DNA of 64,000 nucleotides from Veleropilina oligotropha (Eukaryota): NCBI GenBank assembly GCA_048128005.1, contig JBEUKZ010000010.1, positions 248,001 to 312,000 of the forward strand, read 5' to 3'. Shown piece by piece: positions 42,025 to 52,913 of this stretch (position 1 is its first letter; each line of letters starts with the position of its first letter). The notes under the pieces were generated by a model. It saw only the letters and a program-made list of their open reading frames with translations, ran no database searches and was not told where the DNA came from. The position numbers and the translations under genes were made by a program.

Positions 42025-42734
42025 GGTGTACGGTCAAAATGGCCCTGGTCAAAATGGCCCCGGTCAAAATGGCCCCGGTCAAAATGGCCCCGGTCAAAAT
42101 GGCCTCGGTCAAAATGACTCTGGTCAAAATGGCCCCGGTCAAAATGGCCCCGAGAGCAAACTAGGCCAAAATGGCCCCAGATATAAAATGATATAGACTC
42201 AATGCTTTAGTTTCTTACACATGTATGTATGTATGTATGTATGTATGTATGTATGTATGTATGTATGTATGTATGTATGTATGTATGTATGCGTGTATGC
42301 ATGCATGCATGTATAATTTAATATAATATAAATATTAATTAATATTTAACTTTACTGTTAATGTTAATTCCTTGGTCAGATTCTAAGTTTAGAGAGAGAT
42401 ATATAGTAACTTTGAGCAAAATAGAGCACAATTAACATCATTTTTAAAGTAAATTTTTTAGTTTAAAATTGTATATAGTAACTTTGAGCAGAGCAAAATT
42501 ATGTTAATTTCTTTGGTCAGATTTTTAGTTTACGAATTGTATATATATATTTAAAGCAGTACCGAGCAGAATGATGTTAATTTCTTTGGTCAGATTTTTA
42601 GTTTAGAGTTGTATATATATTTTGAGAATATATTAAAACATTATTATCACTGTTATTGTTATATTTATTAAAATAATACTCATTATTTATTCATTCAGAT
42701 TCATGACATATCATCAGTCTTATTATATCATGTT

Positions 42735-43425
42735 AGTAGTACTGATGACTCGTTGCACTCAAATAACATCATACCTGTGTTGCAAGGTGTGTTGCAATAC
42801 CTGTGACGTAGTTAGGTATAGGTATGACTCATATCTATGTTGTATACTAGATAATTATAGCCTCAGATGTTGTATACTAGATAATTATAGCCTCAGATGA
42901 GTCATACATGTGTAATCTGTGTACTAGATAATTATACCCCCAGATGAGTCATACACGTGTTTGTTTATGAATACCTGTGTATATCTGTGTAGAGTATTAA
43001 CCGTACTAGTGCCAGCCGCTCCCTCCCTCTAGGGATCCTTGGGTAGAGGGATACCCATTCGGTGCCCTATAGGACGAGGTACACCTATGATATAGTGGGT
43101 AGCCCCTACCCTATATGACGAGGTACACCTATGATATAGTGGGTAGACCCATTCCTATACGACGAGGTACACCTATGATATAGGGGGTAGACCCATTCGG
43201 TGTCCTATACGACGAGGTACACCTATGATATAGTAGGTAGACCCATTCCTATAGGACGAGGTAGTATTGTATACACCTATGATATAGTGGGTAGACCCAT
43301 TCGGTGCCCTATACGACGAGGTACACCTATGATATATTACATGGGTAGACCCATTCGGTGCCCTATATGACGAGGTACCCCTATAATGGGCACGTACCTG
43401 TGACGTATTTGTGACGTAGTAGGAA
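42735..43425 (+). repeat. Polinton left TIR with internal ~43-48-bp tandem repeats
   Basis: Reverse complement of 58927-59554; nearly identical over the outer ~350 bp. Confidence 0.93.
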
Positions 43426-43639
43426 ATATTTCACACTAAACAAATCATAAGCATGTCAACACGTGGCTATTTACTATAGGAAATGCGATATCTTGTGGCA
43501 GTACTATTATTCAGCAGGCGACTGTCATTGTAGCTTCTACTACAGGAAACGTGATATCCGGCTCATTCTCGCAATAATATCGGATATACATATATACTTG
43601 ATTGGGTCAGTTTTAAGCCAAACCACATATGGTAGCCAC

Positions 43640-45035
43640 GCAGGTGGTTTGAATGTTGTTAAAACACTATATTGTATTGTTTGAACTACGTTATATACAC
43701 AGATACATACAGCATTACCCATATCTCAATGGGTTCGAATCCCATGTCAAGTTTTGAGAACAAACTGATATATACAATCCACCATGTTTTACAGGATGCT
43801 AATTTGGTATGTAAGAACAGATGATAACAGTATCCGATGTCCACAAAACTCAGATAGCCAGATGGTTCAAATGGGCACGTACCTGTGACGTATTTGTGAC
43901 GTAGTAGGAAATATTTCACACTAAACAAATCATAAGCATGTCAACACGTGGCTATTTACTATAGGAAATGCGATATCCTGTATCTTGTGGCTGCTTCAGC
44001 AGGCGACTAGCTTCTACTACAGGAAGCGTGACATCCGGCTCATTCTCGCAATAATATCGGATATACATATATACTTGATTGGGTCAGTTTTAACACACAA
44101 ACCACCATGTTTTACAGGATGCTAATTTGGTATGTAAGAATGGATGCTAGCTGTATCCGATGTCCACAATACTCAGATAGCCAGATGGTTCGAATCCCAT
44201 GTGTCAGGTTTTGAGAACAAACTGATATATACAATCCGCCATGTTTTACAGGATGCTAATTTGGTATGTAAGAATGGATGCTAGCAGTATCCGATGTCCA
44301 CAATACTCAGATAGCCAGATGGTTCGAATCCCATGTGTCAGGTTTTGAGAACAAACTGATATATACAATCCGCCATGTTTTACAGGATGCTAATTTGGTA
44401 TGTAAGAATGGATGCTAGCAGTATCCGATGTCCACAAAACCACCATCGGATAGCCAGATGGTTCTAACCCACGGTTGTACCGAAACGTAAACAACATAAC
44501 ACGTATTGATCAAAATGACGATGTATTACAGTTGTACTATGGTAGTTATGGACCGGTAGCCACGCAGGTGGTTCGAACCTACGGATAATGTACTGTACTT
44601 GGAAGATGTGCTTTACATATGTATATTGGTAGTTTCTATAACAACATAGAACACACGCTTTCGGGTCGGTAGCCACGTAGGTGGTTCGAACCAGTGGTTA
44701 ACAATTTGACAGATCCAAGTGTAAAAGACATAACACGACTGAACATTTTTCTTATCAAAATGACGATGTAATACGAGGACTTTTTACAGTTGTACTATGG
44801 TAGCTATGGACCGGTAGCCACACAGTTGGTTCGAACCTACGGATAATGTACTTGGGAGACGTGCTTTACATATATATATTGGCAGTTTATAACGACAAAT
44901 CACAGTAGAATTTGCCACGCCGGTGGTTCGAACCTACGGATAATGTACTTGGAAGATGTGCTTTACATACATATATTGGCAGTTTATAACGACATAGAAC
45001 ACACAAATCACAGTAGAATTTGCCACGCAGATGAT
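43640..45035 (+). repeat. Composite repeat array (134-bp and ~115-bp units) carrying GGTTCGAA B-box/T-loop motifs; candidate Pol III ncRNA array
   Basis: GGTTCGAA at 43732, 44187, 44321, 44570, 44683, 44828, 44925 plus variants, all on the + strand; repeat nature is certain, ncRNA function is inferred. Confidence 0.7.
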
Positions 45036-46329
45036 TGTTAACAATTTGACAGTTATAAACATAAAGGGTTATGTACATACCTATATCGTTACGTAGTGAT
45101 AATGAAGTTTCTCATATCCGTCATTTGTTTGACAACTAATTATCCATATAGAGCAGTCTCAGTTCACCAAATGTAACTAGCAGGCAGGAAGCCAGTGTAT
45201 CTTGTTTCAATCTGGTTTTATGTGTCTTCATAACGGAAGTTTGGTGTACTATTGTGTACATGGAAATAGGTCTAAACTAAAATGTATTGTGGTATTTCAA
45301 ACATACATGAATACAAAAACACCCAGTTTATAACGGTCTATATATATCTCACAAACGTATATGAAACGTATTATAAACATGTTGAAACATGTCGCAATAC
45401 TGTCTACTCATCATTAATATGCTACTACGCAGTTAATTATAGCTGATCTAAGCATTATGCTGACCAAAGCAGATTACGCCATGGTTATTTTTAGAATTTA
45501 TTTAGGTATAAATAGGTAACAAACCTTCATTCGTTAGCAGTTTCCACCACGAACCGATAAGAAGCCTTCAAGAATTCACATCCAAGAACACAACAATTTC
45601 TTCACCAATTACTTCATCAAGGTAAGATTATATGTTGACATGTACTTGGTAAGGTAATAAACCCCTTTGGAAATAACAACAACAACAAACTACGAACATT
45701 ATATAATTAAACAAAGTATAATACAGAATAAATATAGAATACAGAATAAATATAGAATACAGAATAAATATAGAATACAGAATAAATATAGAATACAGAA
45801 TAAATATATAATAAATTGTCATAAATATATAATTAATGTACAGGGGTCCTGAAAGAAAAAAACGTAAGCGTTATGATAGGACATTACTATAATAAACTTT
45901 ATTTATATATGAACATCTTTTCATGAGTGCTATAAGAACTATTATAATATAACGATATTTTAAATATAAGACAGCATTACACATTTTAAAATCCCTTTTC
46001 GAATGAATGGCAATCATTTTAAAAACATTTACATCGCTGTATAATATAATGCGGACAATTACTTATATAATCAGTAATAACTAATTTGTTTTAACAGTTC
46101 GAATGTGGTCAATTGTTACATTCATTGTCATAAGTGTATCTATTTGTATGCTTACCATCCGCCACACGAAATATTGTGTAGTATTCTGAAAACAAAATGA
46201 AAGTATTAGCATTTAGCCATTAGTCAAAGAGACAATGTAAAAACATTACATATTTACGTAATCGTTAGCGTTGTAAAAGGTTAATCCATACTATCATAAA
46301 CATTTAATAAAATTCACGGATTGCTCACC

Positions 46330-46686
46330 TTAAATGCGTGTACCCTCTTGTCGGTCCACTGGGTATGCCGTCACGATCAGGTCTCGGTGTCGGCAGTATA
46401 CGACGACACACCAGTGGACCATGTGTCCCCTGTTCACTCCTATTTGTCTCTCGAATCTTCGATATATTTTTATGGTGCCATCGTTAGCGTAACAGTAGGT
46501 GGGTGCTTCTAGTGTGGCGAGGACCGTACATACGCCATCACGACAAAACATTGATTTCCCTGGTTGGGCACGACAATGCGTTGATTTAATGTGAGCCCAG
46601 TTGATCACTTTGTTTTTGAGGTAATTCATATTTAATTGTGCATGTAAGTGAATATGCGAGCATATTTGATTCCAGTTGATTAACAT
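46330..46686 (-). CDS. Small EndoU/BECR-type toxin-like ribonuclease, putative
   Basis: WAHIKSTH...GKSMF...RRFERQIG...CVVVY...LIVTAYP resembles the HIxxxH/KSxF/IG/ITAYP pattern of bacterial polymorphic-toxin RNase tips; recognised by motif only. Confidence 0.6.
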   Translation of the reverse strand: MLINWNQICSHIHLHAQLNMNYLKNKVINWAHIKSTHCRAQPGKSMFCRDGVCTVLATLEAPTYCYANDGTIKIYRRFERQIGVNRGHMVHWCVVVYCRHRDLIVTAYPVDRQEGTRI

Positions 46687-47724
46687 AAAGGCTCTCTGTT
46701 TGGATAATTTTAAAATTGTTTACTGAAAATTTAACAATCGTTGGTTACTCTCAAAAGTGTACTTAAGAGGTTTGAAATTATTGGACCAAAGAATAACCGT
46801 TTCTAACATGCCCTAATAGCAATTAATATACCGGAATTCACCGTACTTAGGACTGAGATCTTCCAGATACCTCGTATTACAACGGATATGTTAATGTCAA
46901 TGTTGATTATGTATTTCAAATCATACTTATAAGGGGAAGCCATTTAATAACAAATATGAATTCATGTCTTAGATTAATTATTCGGGTGGTTGAAACACAT
47001 GGCAGTCTGTCACAACTTCTTAATAACGTACAATTATCGATACAGTCAATTACTCTGTTATTATTTTATGTGAATACTAAACATGTGTGAAATAAATACA
47101 GCCTCAAGAATTAGAATGATATACAGTGGCACAGGCTTTGGTGGTCATATTTCCAAACGTTACCTAGTCTACGATTGGACAAGTTGTTGTCATATCCATA
47201 GCAATCTTCCAATCATAGTGAAGCATTCTCATTCTGACATATTGATTGACATCAGATGTATGCATACGTGTCACGTGTATTGCTGTCAAATGCTTGATGA
47301 TAAATGTCAAAGAGTAATTTAATAATATCTCAGAAATAAATATGATTATATAAAATACTGTTTTAGATATCAACCATGTAGTTACATTAAGATGGAGGCA
47401 ATACATGTCAGATGTAGTTAGTTTTCAAATTAGTATCTGTCTGCCTAAGACCTTGCAGTTGATATGAGTACGCTATGGTTACAGTATATTAAACCTTAAT
47501 GCCATCGAATTCCTGAGGATCAAATTCGACATGTATTGACTAGGGCCTACAAGTTTGTCTAAAAAAGGGGGATAACTCGAAACCGTCTTGTCATATAGAC
47601 CTGAAATTTGTCTCATTTAGTTTGACCATATGTATATATTATGGGAAGTTATTTGTCTAAAATCACCTCAATTCGTCTATGTATGTCAATTTGCAATAAT
47701 TGTGGTAATTTTAATTTCAGAACC

Positions 47725-50700
47725 ATGTCTGAACTTCGACATTTGATTCAATCGTTTACGGACCCTGAAGAATTAACGCACTTTGCGATGGAACTTGGAA
47801 TAGCGGAGGACGCCGACGTACAAGAACAATTAAGATTATTACAACAGCCGTCCGAATTTCAAGAATTTGTTGAAGAATTCGAGAATACTCAAGAACTGTC
47901 AACCTTTGCTCAACACATGTCAATTCCAGATGACCCTGATGTCATCAGAAAACTTTCCAATTTGAGGGATGCCAAACGACCCAGGCGCAATCTAACCAAA
48001 CCCTACGTGTTAGAACAGGTCAGCCAGAGGACTTTCCGTAGTAATGCTGCAATAGATACAAAATACGCAGTCAAACTAGATCCAGCTGCCTGGGACAATT
48101 TGGCACTGCGTGATATACACGACGAACTTTATTCTCTTTTTGATGACGCATTACATCAAGTGAATGCAGACCCCCACGATTTGTGTAGAGTGTTGATCGA
48201 ACACGGCAGCCTGAAAGACCCGATCGTCATCAAGCTACAACCCATGATCGATTTGAATGCAAACGTTGTCCTGGAGGGAATCACCAAAGTCCTTCAATCT
48301 TTTCAAGAACTGAAAATAACTGACTCGTTTGCCATTCACATCGGTGTGATACACGTACCAACTGGTTCAGGGCGCCACAGAATAACAAATTTAGATGAAG
48401 CAATAACAAAGAAGAAATCCATAGTCCGAATCGAGAACGACGACACGATCTGTTTGTCCAGGGCGATCGCAGTGAGCTGGGCATCCTGTCATAAAGTAAC
48501 CAACACCGAATGGCGTGAATTGACGGAAGATAGCGAATGTCGTACCATGATTGATAAGGTTTTAGAGACCAAGAAAGTGTCCGAATCATTTTATAACAAC
48601 ATACGAGATGGAAAACGCACCGAGCAGAAAAAATTAGCCTTGAAGTTATGCGAATTAGCAGATGTGTCCACCGACTCACCACTCGGATTAAATGAAGTCT
48701 CTGCCTTCGAATCTGTTCTAGACGTAAACATACTCGTTGTCAGTGCCAAACTAGGAAATAAATTCATCAAAGTTAGCGACAATCCTACCAGAAAGAACAT
48801 TTACGTGTACTACGTTCAACATGAAGACCAGGGCCATTATCACGCCATCACCAGCATTTCCGGATTTTTTTCAACAGGCTATTTCTGCGAGACGTGCCTG
48901 AAATGTTATTCAAACAAAGAACGGCATTCATGTCTGTCATATTGTATTATTTGCAAGTCATCCGGATGTACCCAAGAAGAAGATGTCAAGTGTGATCACT
49001 GTAACATGACGTGCCGGTCCGCTGCATGCTTTAACAGGCACCAGAATGCATCGTATTACACCAAAGGCAAGAAGAAAGGTGAACTAAAAACTCCATCCCA
49101 GTGTAATCAATGGTGGAAATGTCCCACGTGTTACAAGGTCGTCAAAGTAGCGAAGCGTAGTAAAAGTAAACACGTTTGCGGAGAATTTCAATGCAAGGGA
49201 TGTGGTTACTACGTGTTAGAGGATCACCAATGCTATGTACGTGCCACGGAACCTAAAGAATCAAAGCCAAAATTTATATTTTACGATTTCGAAACATGCC
49301 AGGATACCATCATGGAGTGCCCAGAGGGGTACACGCCGCTAGGAGATGGAAGCCGAAGATGTCAAAATTGTACGAATACATGGTGCGGTTCCGAAGAACA
49401 CGTACCCAATCTTGTGGTGGCTCGTAGTTCGTGTGATTCTTGTGAATATACCACCGACGTCAGGTGTGATAACTGTGGTTCAAGGTGTCCTGCCTGTGAA
49501 AATGATGATGACGATGCAGTCGCCCCTTGCAGCGATTCGTGCGGTCATCGAGAAGTTATCTTCAAGGGCAAAGACACTGCCGCTCAATTTGGCGCATGGT
49601 TATTCACCAAATCACATAAGAATTATCGGGTCATCGCCCATAATGCCAAGGCCTTCGATATTTATTTCCTGCTGGAGTACATGATCGGCCAATCCATGAG
49701 ACCGCAGAAAATAATTTACCAGGGCTCCAAAATCATGTACATGTACGTCGGAAAAGGTCTCGATATTATACTTATCGATTCCTTAAATTTTCTCCCGATG
49801 CCCCTCAGATCCATGCCGAAAGCATTCGGGATACCACAAATTACTAAAGGCTGGTTCCCACACATGTTCAACGTGAAGGATAACCAGAATTACCGAGGCC
49901 CTTACCCTGACGTAGAATATTACGGTGCAGATTCCATGTCCAAGGACGAAAGAGCAGAATTCTTGACATGGCATGCCACCAAGCAGGGAAAAACATTTAA
50001 ATTCGCCAAGCAAATTTTGGCATATTGCCGCAGCGACGTCGATGTCCTGAGCCACACCTGCTTGAAATTCAGGGACCTAATGAAGAACGTCACGGGTGAA
50101 TATGTGCAGAACGATGAAGGTGAAATGGTTTTAATGAGGTACGTGGACCCCTTCGACTGCGTAACCATCGCCTCCACGTGTATGACCATATACAGAACCA
50201 AATTTTTAGAAGAAATATGGAAAGCAAAAGTGAACGGCAAATGGATTTATGCACATGAAAAAGATGGTGCGATGACTGCTTGTGTGGACGGAGTATGGAC
50301 CGTTGTGAACACGGAAGAAAAAAAATTTGTTAAGACGGCGATAGCCATGGTCCCCAATCAACAACATGACCAATACAGTCTTGCCTCCATCCAGTGGCTA
50401 GAATGGCTGTCACACAAGCAAGGCATATTTATACAACATGCTTTAAACGGAGGGGAGAAGAAAATTGAAGGCACCCGTTACAAATGCGATGGGTTTGCTG
50501 GAAATACAATTTTTGAATTTCATGGCGATTTTTATCATGGATGCCTAACATGCTATCCTAATGACAGAGACACGAAACATCCTCGAACCGGGCAGAGTCT
50601 AGAGGAGCTCTACGTTTTAACAAAGAAAAAAGAGACTTTCCTCAAAAGCAAAGGTTACCAGTACGTTTGCATATGGGAGCACGAATTCAACGAGGAATTA

Positions 50701-52116
50701 AAAAAAAATCGAGAACTTAAAGATTTTGTTAAAAATCTAGATCTGACGACCCGTCTGGAACCCAGGGACAGCTTCTACGGGGGTCGTACAAACGCCTGTA
50801 AACTACACTATAAAATAAAGGAAGAAGAAACAATAAAATACGTGGACTTCACGTCATTATACCCGTACGTATGTAAATATGCGAAATACCCCTCAGGACA
50901 CCCCGAAATCGTTTCTTCTCACTTCAAAAACATCGATCAGTACTTTGGAATGGCAAAGGTGAAAATCCTACCACCGAGAGGTTTGTACCATCCCGTACTG
51001 CCCATGAGATCTAATGGTAAACTAAAGTTTCCCTTATGCCGTACTTGTGCAGACACAGAGCAGCAAACGCCCTGTCAATGCAACGATGAGCAGCGAACTC
51101 TAGAAGGAACGTGGTGTACCCCCGAACTCGTAAAAGCCACTCAAAAGGGATATGTCATTACCCGCATATACGAAATATATCACTGGCCCGCGACGACTCA
51201 ATATGATCGTGACACGAAATCAGGAGGGTTGTTCTCAGGTTACATAAATCAATTTTTAAAAATAAAGCAGGAGTCGAGCGACTGGCCATCATGGATCAAC
51301 ACTCAGGAAGATAAGGACCGCTACGTGGCCGATTATGAAACACACGAAGGGATAAAACTGGATGCTAAAAACATATGTAAGAATCCAGGCCTTCGGTCTC
51401 TGGCTAAGCTGTGCTTAAATTCGCTGTGGGGGAAATTCGGAGAACGTTTAAACTTAAAACAAACAGAAATATTGCACGAAGAAGAGGGAGACAAGTTTTT
51501 TCAAATCATAGCTGACCCCTCGAAAGAAATTCATGACTTCCACATCATCGGCAAAGACCTGATTCAGATTGAATATACCCACAAGAAAACATTCGTGCCC
51601 GAAAGCAAGAAAGCTAATATTTACATTGCTTCTTTTACCACTTGTTGGGCACGTTTGAGACTGTACGAGGTGTTGGAGCAGTTAAACGAGAACGTGCTGT
51701 ATTACGACACAGATTCCGTCATCTACTCTACAGGACCTGGCCAGCCAGAGGCGGCGCTCGGCGATTACCTTGGCGATCTTACCGACGAGTTATGTCCTGG
51801 GGAATTCATTGTTGAATTTGTGTCTGGCGGTCCCAAGAATTATGCTTATCGCACCAATAAAGGTGTTGAAGTAGTAAAGGTGAGAGGCTTTACCCTAAAT
51901 TTTAAAAACAGTCAAAAAATAAATTTTGAGGTTGTGAAAGAACTCGTGACATTGCCAGACGTAGAGCCAGTCATCACCTTCAACCCTCGCAAGATTTGCC
52001 GAGAAAAACTTAAAAGAAAAATCTACAATCGACCCGAAAGTAAACGATACCAGGTCGTTTATACCAAGAGAGTAATTTCCAATGGCGCTTATAACACTGT
52101 GCCATATGGATATTAA
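47725..52116 (+). CDS. pPolB: Protein-primed family B DNA polymerase with N-terminal OTU-like protease region, Cys-rich fingers and Vsr-like nuclease insertion
   Basis: Exo FYDFET, AHNAKAFD, YCRSDV; Pol YVDFTSLYP, KLCLNSLWGKFG, YYDTDS; DTICLSRAI..GHYHAI; CDGF..FEFHGDFYHGC..IWE. Frame open from 47641; ATG 47725 follows TTTCAG|AACC. Confidence 0.97.
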   Translation: MSELRHLIQSFTDPEELTHFAMELGIAEDADVQEQLRLLQQPSEFQEFVEEFENTQELSTFAQHMSIPDDPDVIRKLSNLRDAKRPRRNLTKPYVLEQVSQRTFRSNAAIDTKYAVKLDPAAWDNLALRDIHDELYSLFDDALHQVNADPHDLCRVLIEHGSLKDPIVIKLQPMIDLNANVVLEGITKVLQSFQELKITDSFAIHIGVIHVPTGSGRHRITNLDEAITKKKSIVRIENDDTICLSRAIAVSWASCHKVTNTEWRELTEDSECRTMIDKVLETKKVSESFYNNIRDGKRTEQKKLALKLCELADVSTDSPLGLNEVSAFESVLDVNILVVSAKLGNKFIKVSDNPTRKNIYVYYVQHEDQGHYHAITSISGFFSTGYFCETCLKCYSNKERHSCLSYCIICKSSGCTQEEDVKCDHCNMTCRSAACFNRHQNASYYTKGKKKGELKTPSQCNQWWKCPTCYKVVKVAKRSKSKHVCGEFQCKGCGYYVLEDHQCYVRATEPKESKPKFIFYDFETCQDTIMECPEGYTPLGDGSRRCQNCTNTWCGSEEHVPNLVVARSSCDSCEYTTDVRCDNCGSRCPACENDDDDAVAPCSDSCGHREVIFKGKDTAAQFGAWLFTKSHKNYRVIAHNAKAFDIYFLLEYMIGQSMRPQKIIYQGSKIMYMYVGKGLDIILIDSLNFLPMPLRSMPKAFGIPQITKGWFPHMFNVKDNQNYRGPYPDVEYYGADSMSKDERAEFLTWHATKQGKTFKFAKQILAYCRSDVDVLSHTCLKFRDLMKNVTGEYVQNDEGEMVLMRYVDPFDCVTIASTCMTIYRTKFLEEIWKAKVNGKWIYAHEKDGAMTACVDGVWTVVNTEEKKFVKTAIAMVPNQQHDQYSLASIQWLEWLSHKQGIFIQHALNGGEKKIEGTRYKCDGFAGNTIFEFHGDFYHGCLTCYPNDRDTKHPRTGQSLEELYVLTKKKETFLKSKGYQYVCIWEHEFNEELKKNRELKDFVKNLDLTTRLEPRDSFYGGRTNACKLHYKIKEEETIKYVDFTSLYPYVCKYAKYPSGHPEIVSSHFKNIDQYFGMAKVKILPPRGLYHPVLPMRSNGKLKFPLCRTCADTEQQTPCQCNDEQRTLEGTWCTPELVKATQKGYVITRIYEIYHWPATTQYDRDTKSGGLFSGYINQFLKIKQESSDWPSWINTQEDKDRYVADYETHEGIKLDAKNICKNPGLRSLAKLCLNSLWGKFGERLNLKQTEILHEEEGDKFFQIIADPSKEIHDFHIIGKDLIQIEYTHKKTFVPESKKANIYIASFTTCWARLRLYEVLEQLNENVLYYDTDSVIYSTGPGQPEAALGDYLGDLTDELCPGEFIVEFVSGGPKNYAYRTNKGVEVVKVRGFTLNFKNSQKINFEVVKELVTLPDVEPVITFNPRKICREKLKRKIYNRPESKRYQVVYTKRVISNGAYNTVPYGY

Positions 52117-52679
52117 ATATTTACAATAAAATTATTAGCCCTCTTTGCTTGTTTTTGTATTTCCAGGTTCACTTATATATATATATGTTACAGATGTAGA
52201 TACATGGGTCCCATATTCTTGATTGACACCAGGGTCAGATTACTACCATTCGATACATTGTGGTTCATAGACAACTAAGTCATTTGATTTTCATGAACCT
52301 AACATATGTATTTTTATCCATATAAAAACTCCATTCTTTATACTTTGGTTCAACACAGTACATGTCCGTATTATCATGGGAAAACGACCAGCTCCACACA
52401 GCCCTGGTTTGAACCCACTACTGACAGCGAAGTCAAGTCTGTTTGAAGTCCGATACCTCTGTATTGTCAAAGGGTCCTTTATATAAGGGACAACCATGAC
52501 TGATAAACCTTGCAGCTGTGGTGGGGTGTGACCGCAGCAGGTGGAGGTGCGGCCGCGGCAGTGGAAGGTGACTGATAAACATAGGCAACTGGGTGGAGGT
52601 GGGGCCGCGGCAGTGGAGAGCTCAGAAAGACAGACAAGAAACATCAAAAATATATTTTTTTATTCATATTATTACATTA

Positions 52680-52913
52680 TTAATAAGGAAGCCATTTAAA
52701 TGGCGGATGTTTACGACGACAATGCACTCTCATATGATATTTTCTGGAAAATATTTCTTGGCACGTAGGACAATGCACACGTTTTGGTGCAGACTGAGAC
52801 GGGGATTGTGTTGTTACGACATCTACATGCTTATTCTTAAAGTGTCTTAACATGGCATCCTTTCTAGAAAATTTTACATTACAAACAGGGCAAATTATTA
52901 ATAGGGTAGCCAT
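52680..52913 (-). CDS. Small protein with two C2H2 zinc fingers
   Basis: CPVCNVKFSRKDAMLRHFKNKH and CPTCQEIFSRKYHMRVHCRRKH. Confidence 0.85.
   Translation of the reverse strand: MATLLIICPVCNVKFSRKDAMLRHFKNKHVDVVTTQSPSQSAPKRVHCPTCQEIFSRKYHMRVHCRRKHPPFKWLPY

Noticed and set aside
41954..42164. VKMAP / GAILT repeat proteins
   Set aside because: Translation of the 15-bp TIR repeats
42025..42180. GGTCAAAATGGCCCC inverted arrays as the Polinton termini
   Set aside because: True Polinton ends are defined by AGTAGT/ACTACT and the CATGTT TSD further inside; these arrays have their own 9-bp TSD
43050..43385. CRISPR-like array of ~45-bp repeats
   Set aside because: No unique spacers and no cas genes; mirrored in the right TIR, so these are TIR-internal tandem repeats
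47641..47724. pPolB start at 47641
   Set aside because: The extension is AT-rich and ends in a strong acceptor; ATG 47725 has better context
52291..52647. 118-aa minus-strand ORF as the missing protease
   Set aside because: No His/Asp/Cys adenain motifs, non-ATG start, overlaps the G-rich repeat
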